Shown: one piece after another, positions 38,377 to 40,289 of the stretch | How the letters are laid out: the number at the start of each line of letters is the position of its first letter | Position numbering within the stretch: position 1 is the first letter of the stretch | Source: Candidatus Thorarchaeota archaeon | GTDB taxonomy: Archaea; Asgardarchaeota; Thorarchaeia; Thorarchaeales; Thorarchaeaceae | Assembly: GCA_048882045.1 (NCBI GenBank) | Contig: JBHLRZ010000029.1 | Location: 1-40,289, forward strand | DNA length: 40,289 bases | Direction: 5' to 3' | Translations under genes and position numbers: made by a program | The notes under the pieces: generated by a model | Seen by the model: the letters and a program-made list of their open reading frames with translations, nothing else | What the model was told of the DNA's origin: nothing | The model's database searches: none

Positions 38377-38378
38377 CT

Positions 38379-38837
38379 TTAGTGACTCCCTGTGATTTCG
38401 TGTGATTTCTCTCGCTCAGCCTTTGCCTTGCGGTATTGCTCGAGAGTCTCTTTTCCATCCAAGGCTGCGTGTGGGAGCATCTTCATCACAAATCCGATAC
38501 CACCCATGACAATCAGAATGAATAGAATGACCTGCCACACCAACTCCTGTGGATTGGGGCCTGTTGGCCAAAGCAGTGCCGAAGAAGAAAGCAGCCATAG
38601 GAACGCGCCCATCACATCAACAACTACAAAGAGAACAGTATAGATGAAGTAGTTGTATGGATACGAGATTCTTGCAGGTCCAATTGGTTCCTCCCCGCAC
38701 TCATAGCTCGATGTTTTCTCTGAGTTCTGGAGGACGTGGGGTCGCAAGACCCAAGATGCGAGAAGCATCACCACGACCAACACCATTGCTAGTAGTGCCC
38801 ATACAATAACAGGTATGAAATCAATGAACAGCCTCAT
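38379..38837 (-). CDS. nuoA: Complex I-like subunit A
   Basis: EKTSSYECGEEP, YFIYTVLFVVVDV; ATG 38837 preferred, with GAGGA upstream. Confidence 0.9.
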   Translation of the reverse strand: MRLFIDFIPVIVWALLAMVLVVVMLLASWVLRPHVLQNSEKTSSYECGEEPIGPARISYPYNYFIYTVLFVVVDVMGAFLWLLSSSALLWPTGPNPQELVWQVILFILIVMGGIGFVMKMLPHAALDGKETLEQYRKAKAEREKSHEITGSH

Positions 38838-39120
38838 GCTACATGACCATCCTCTAGTAAAGTATCGAAATAACAAACTGCGTTAGTTGAAGGACCTGAA
38901 TTCTTAGCATAACCTGTATTGTTGAGTAGTTCCCTTGTCATTCCTTCCAAGTTCCTTCTATGCTAACTCGTCGCGACAGGTGCAGTTCGAAACTAACCTC
39001 ATGTTAAATGTTGGTCTTTCTTAGCCAACTAGTTTAGAGATTGATGTTCACATCTGCACCTTGAAACTGAAGTTGGCGGTAAGAATGACCCTGATAAAAA
39101 CACTTCGGGCAATCCGACTC

Positions 39121-39134
39121 AAAGAAGTTATATA
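39121..39134 (+). promoter_or_regulatory. Candidate BRE/TATA box in the divergent intergenic region
   Basis: aaagaag-ttatata about 50 nt upstream of the ORF at 39183; the TATA element could also serve the minus-strand operon. Confidence 0.35.
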
Positions 39135-39182
39135 CTGGCTCGGGGCGAACAAATTCTCGATACAAAGTTCCATATTTGTAAG

Positions 39183-39569
39183 GTGATAGATTTGGTACGT
39201 GGCGAAGAAGGAACTTTCTTCTACTATCTAGGGCTCCTATTTGGGATGACTCTGGTTGGGTCTTACATCTGGCTCATCCTGAATGCAACAATCTGGAATG
39301 TTCTGCTTCATATGATTTTGGTCATGAGTGGAATAATCTTGGTCGCAGGTGCTCTCGGTTTTGCATCTGCCAAGACGAGATCGAGCCGTGTAGGATTGAC
39401 CATGCTCTCTGGAATAACTGGGGGGATTCATGCATACCTGATATTCTCATACTTGACATATCATCCATATGCCGAAACATATGATGTGATTGCAGCAATC
39501 GTTCTCTTTGCATGGATTGCATTTGGTACTCTAGTTGCCTTTGCCACGTTAAGTTGGCTACAGGAATAG
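39183..39569 (+). CDS. Small hypothetical membrane protein (4 TM)
   Basis: Four hydrophobic segments; start uncertain. Confidence 0.7.
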   Translation: MIDLVRGEEGTFFYYLGLLFGMTLVGSYIWLILNATIWNVLLHMILVMSGIILVAGALGFASAKTRSSRVGLTMLSGITGGIHAYLIFSYLTYHPYAETYDVIAAIVLFAWIAFGTLVAFATLSWLQE

Positions 39570-39578
39570 AAAATTCAA

Positions 39579-39600
39579 ATGAGGCCGCCAATGGCCTCAT
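39579..39600. terminator. Hairpin between convergent genes
   Basis: atgaggcc[gccaat]ggcctcat, 8-bp perfect inverted repeat. Confidence 0.6.
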
Positions 39601-39606
39601 CTCAGT

Positions 39607-40224
39607 TTAATTTCCCTCGGATTTCAGCTCAGACTCTGTGTCAGTTGTCTCAGCTGTGTCCTCCGATGCAGATGCAGATTCTTCTGAAGCTGCCTCAGGT
39701 TCAGAAGTAGACTCAGCCGTAGGTTCTGGTTCTGGCTCGGGTTCTGGTTCAGGACCAAAGCGGAGTGTACTAGTGTCCATGATTCCAGGTGATGTGCTTT
39801 CTTCCCTGTTGTGCATTATAGCAAAGCCTGCTGCAGTAAGAATCGATCCACCCAAGCCCCATATGGAGTAGTAAAATCCAGAGTTATCCGGAGTCATAGC
39901 GAGAACAACATAGAGTGAATCTGTGAAGAAATATGTGAAGACGACAAAGAAGAACCCTAGTACGACTGCGATAGACATTGCAGTGTTCTTTGCCTTCCCT
40001 TTCTCAGGACGGAAGTAACCAATCAAGAAGAAGACTATGAGAACTGGTATGCCCCCAACGAACAGGAAGTACTGGGCGACCAGAATCCACGTGCTCGGAT
40101 ATGAAATTACTAGGAAGAGATAGTTGAATATGTATGCAGAGAGTACAACTAACCCTAGTAAAGTCAGGCAATACGGGTCGCTGTCCTGCCTCAGTATGTC
40201 AGAATCGTCTCCATGTAGGGTCAT
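39607..40224 (-). CDS. Hypothetical membrane protein (4 TM) with Pro-Glu repeat and acidic low-complexity tail
   Basis: Four TMs followed by GPEPEPEPEPEPTAESTSEPE...; start uncertain. Confidence 0.72.
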   Translation of the reverse strand: MTLHGDDSDILRQDSDPYCLTLLGLVVLSAYIFNYLFLVISYPSTWILVAQYFLFVGGIPVLIVFFLIGYFRPEKGKAKNTAMSIAVVLGFFFVVFTYFFTDSLYVVLAMTPDNSGFYYSIWGLGGSILTAAGFAIMHNREESTSPGIMDTSTLRFGPEPEPEPEPEPTAESTSEPEAASEESASASEDTAETTDTESELKSEGN

Positions 40225-40289
40225 TATTGCATCATCCCCATGGCATCTTGATTCTCATACTTTGTCTGCCAGTGAGTTGTACCAGCTCT

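Noticed and set aside
38838-39182. Hidden or selenocysteine-interrupted nuoB upstream of nuoA
   Set aside because: Only about 345 nt are available, too short for NuoB, and no NuoB motifs are visible.
39722-39753. 6-nt repeat as a contingency locus
   Set aside because: The units are synonymously degenerate and in-frame, simply encoding a Pro-Glu linker.
1-40289. CRISPR arrays, tRNA/rRNA genes, transposases/integrases
   Set aside because: No regularly spaced repeats, cloverleaf structures or mobile-element motifs were seen by eye, and the intergenic spaces are short.

Overview
Gene-dense archaeal window, most likely from an Asgard archaeon (Thorarchaeia-like). This is an inference from the Rab-like small GTPase, TrpB2, ADP-forming acyl-CoA synthetase, crenarchaeal-type SSB, 2-PG kinase-like gene and GGTGA/GGAG Shine-Dalgarno sites. 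The left two thirds encode a truncated penicillin-acylase-family gene, a YgeW/ArgF'-like carbamoyltransferase, a membrane pseudo-histidine kinase, a NUDIX + tandem macrodomain module, a CoA-disulfide reductase/NADH oxidase, a 1652-aa FG-GAP/Ig-like surface protein ending in about 7 TM helices, a response regulator, an aminotransferase-SSB-2PGK-AcdA cluster, trpB2 with a candidate Trp-containing leader peptide, a PAS/GAF kinase and a small GTPase. The standout is an 11-gene, tightly coupled complex I-like operon on the minus strand (27185-38837), order A-J-K-C-D-H-I-M2-L-M-N. It has FOUR antiporter-like subunits, and the NuoL lateral helix carries a tandem duplication with an exact 26-residue (78-nt) period. 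That is the signature described for bacterial '2M' complex I variants with increased pumping capacity, here apparently in an archaeon. The operon lacks NuoB and NuoEFG, and its NuoD has neither the [NiFe] ligand set nor the quinone-binding Tyr. No rRNA, tRNA, CRISPR array or mobile element was seen.
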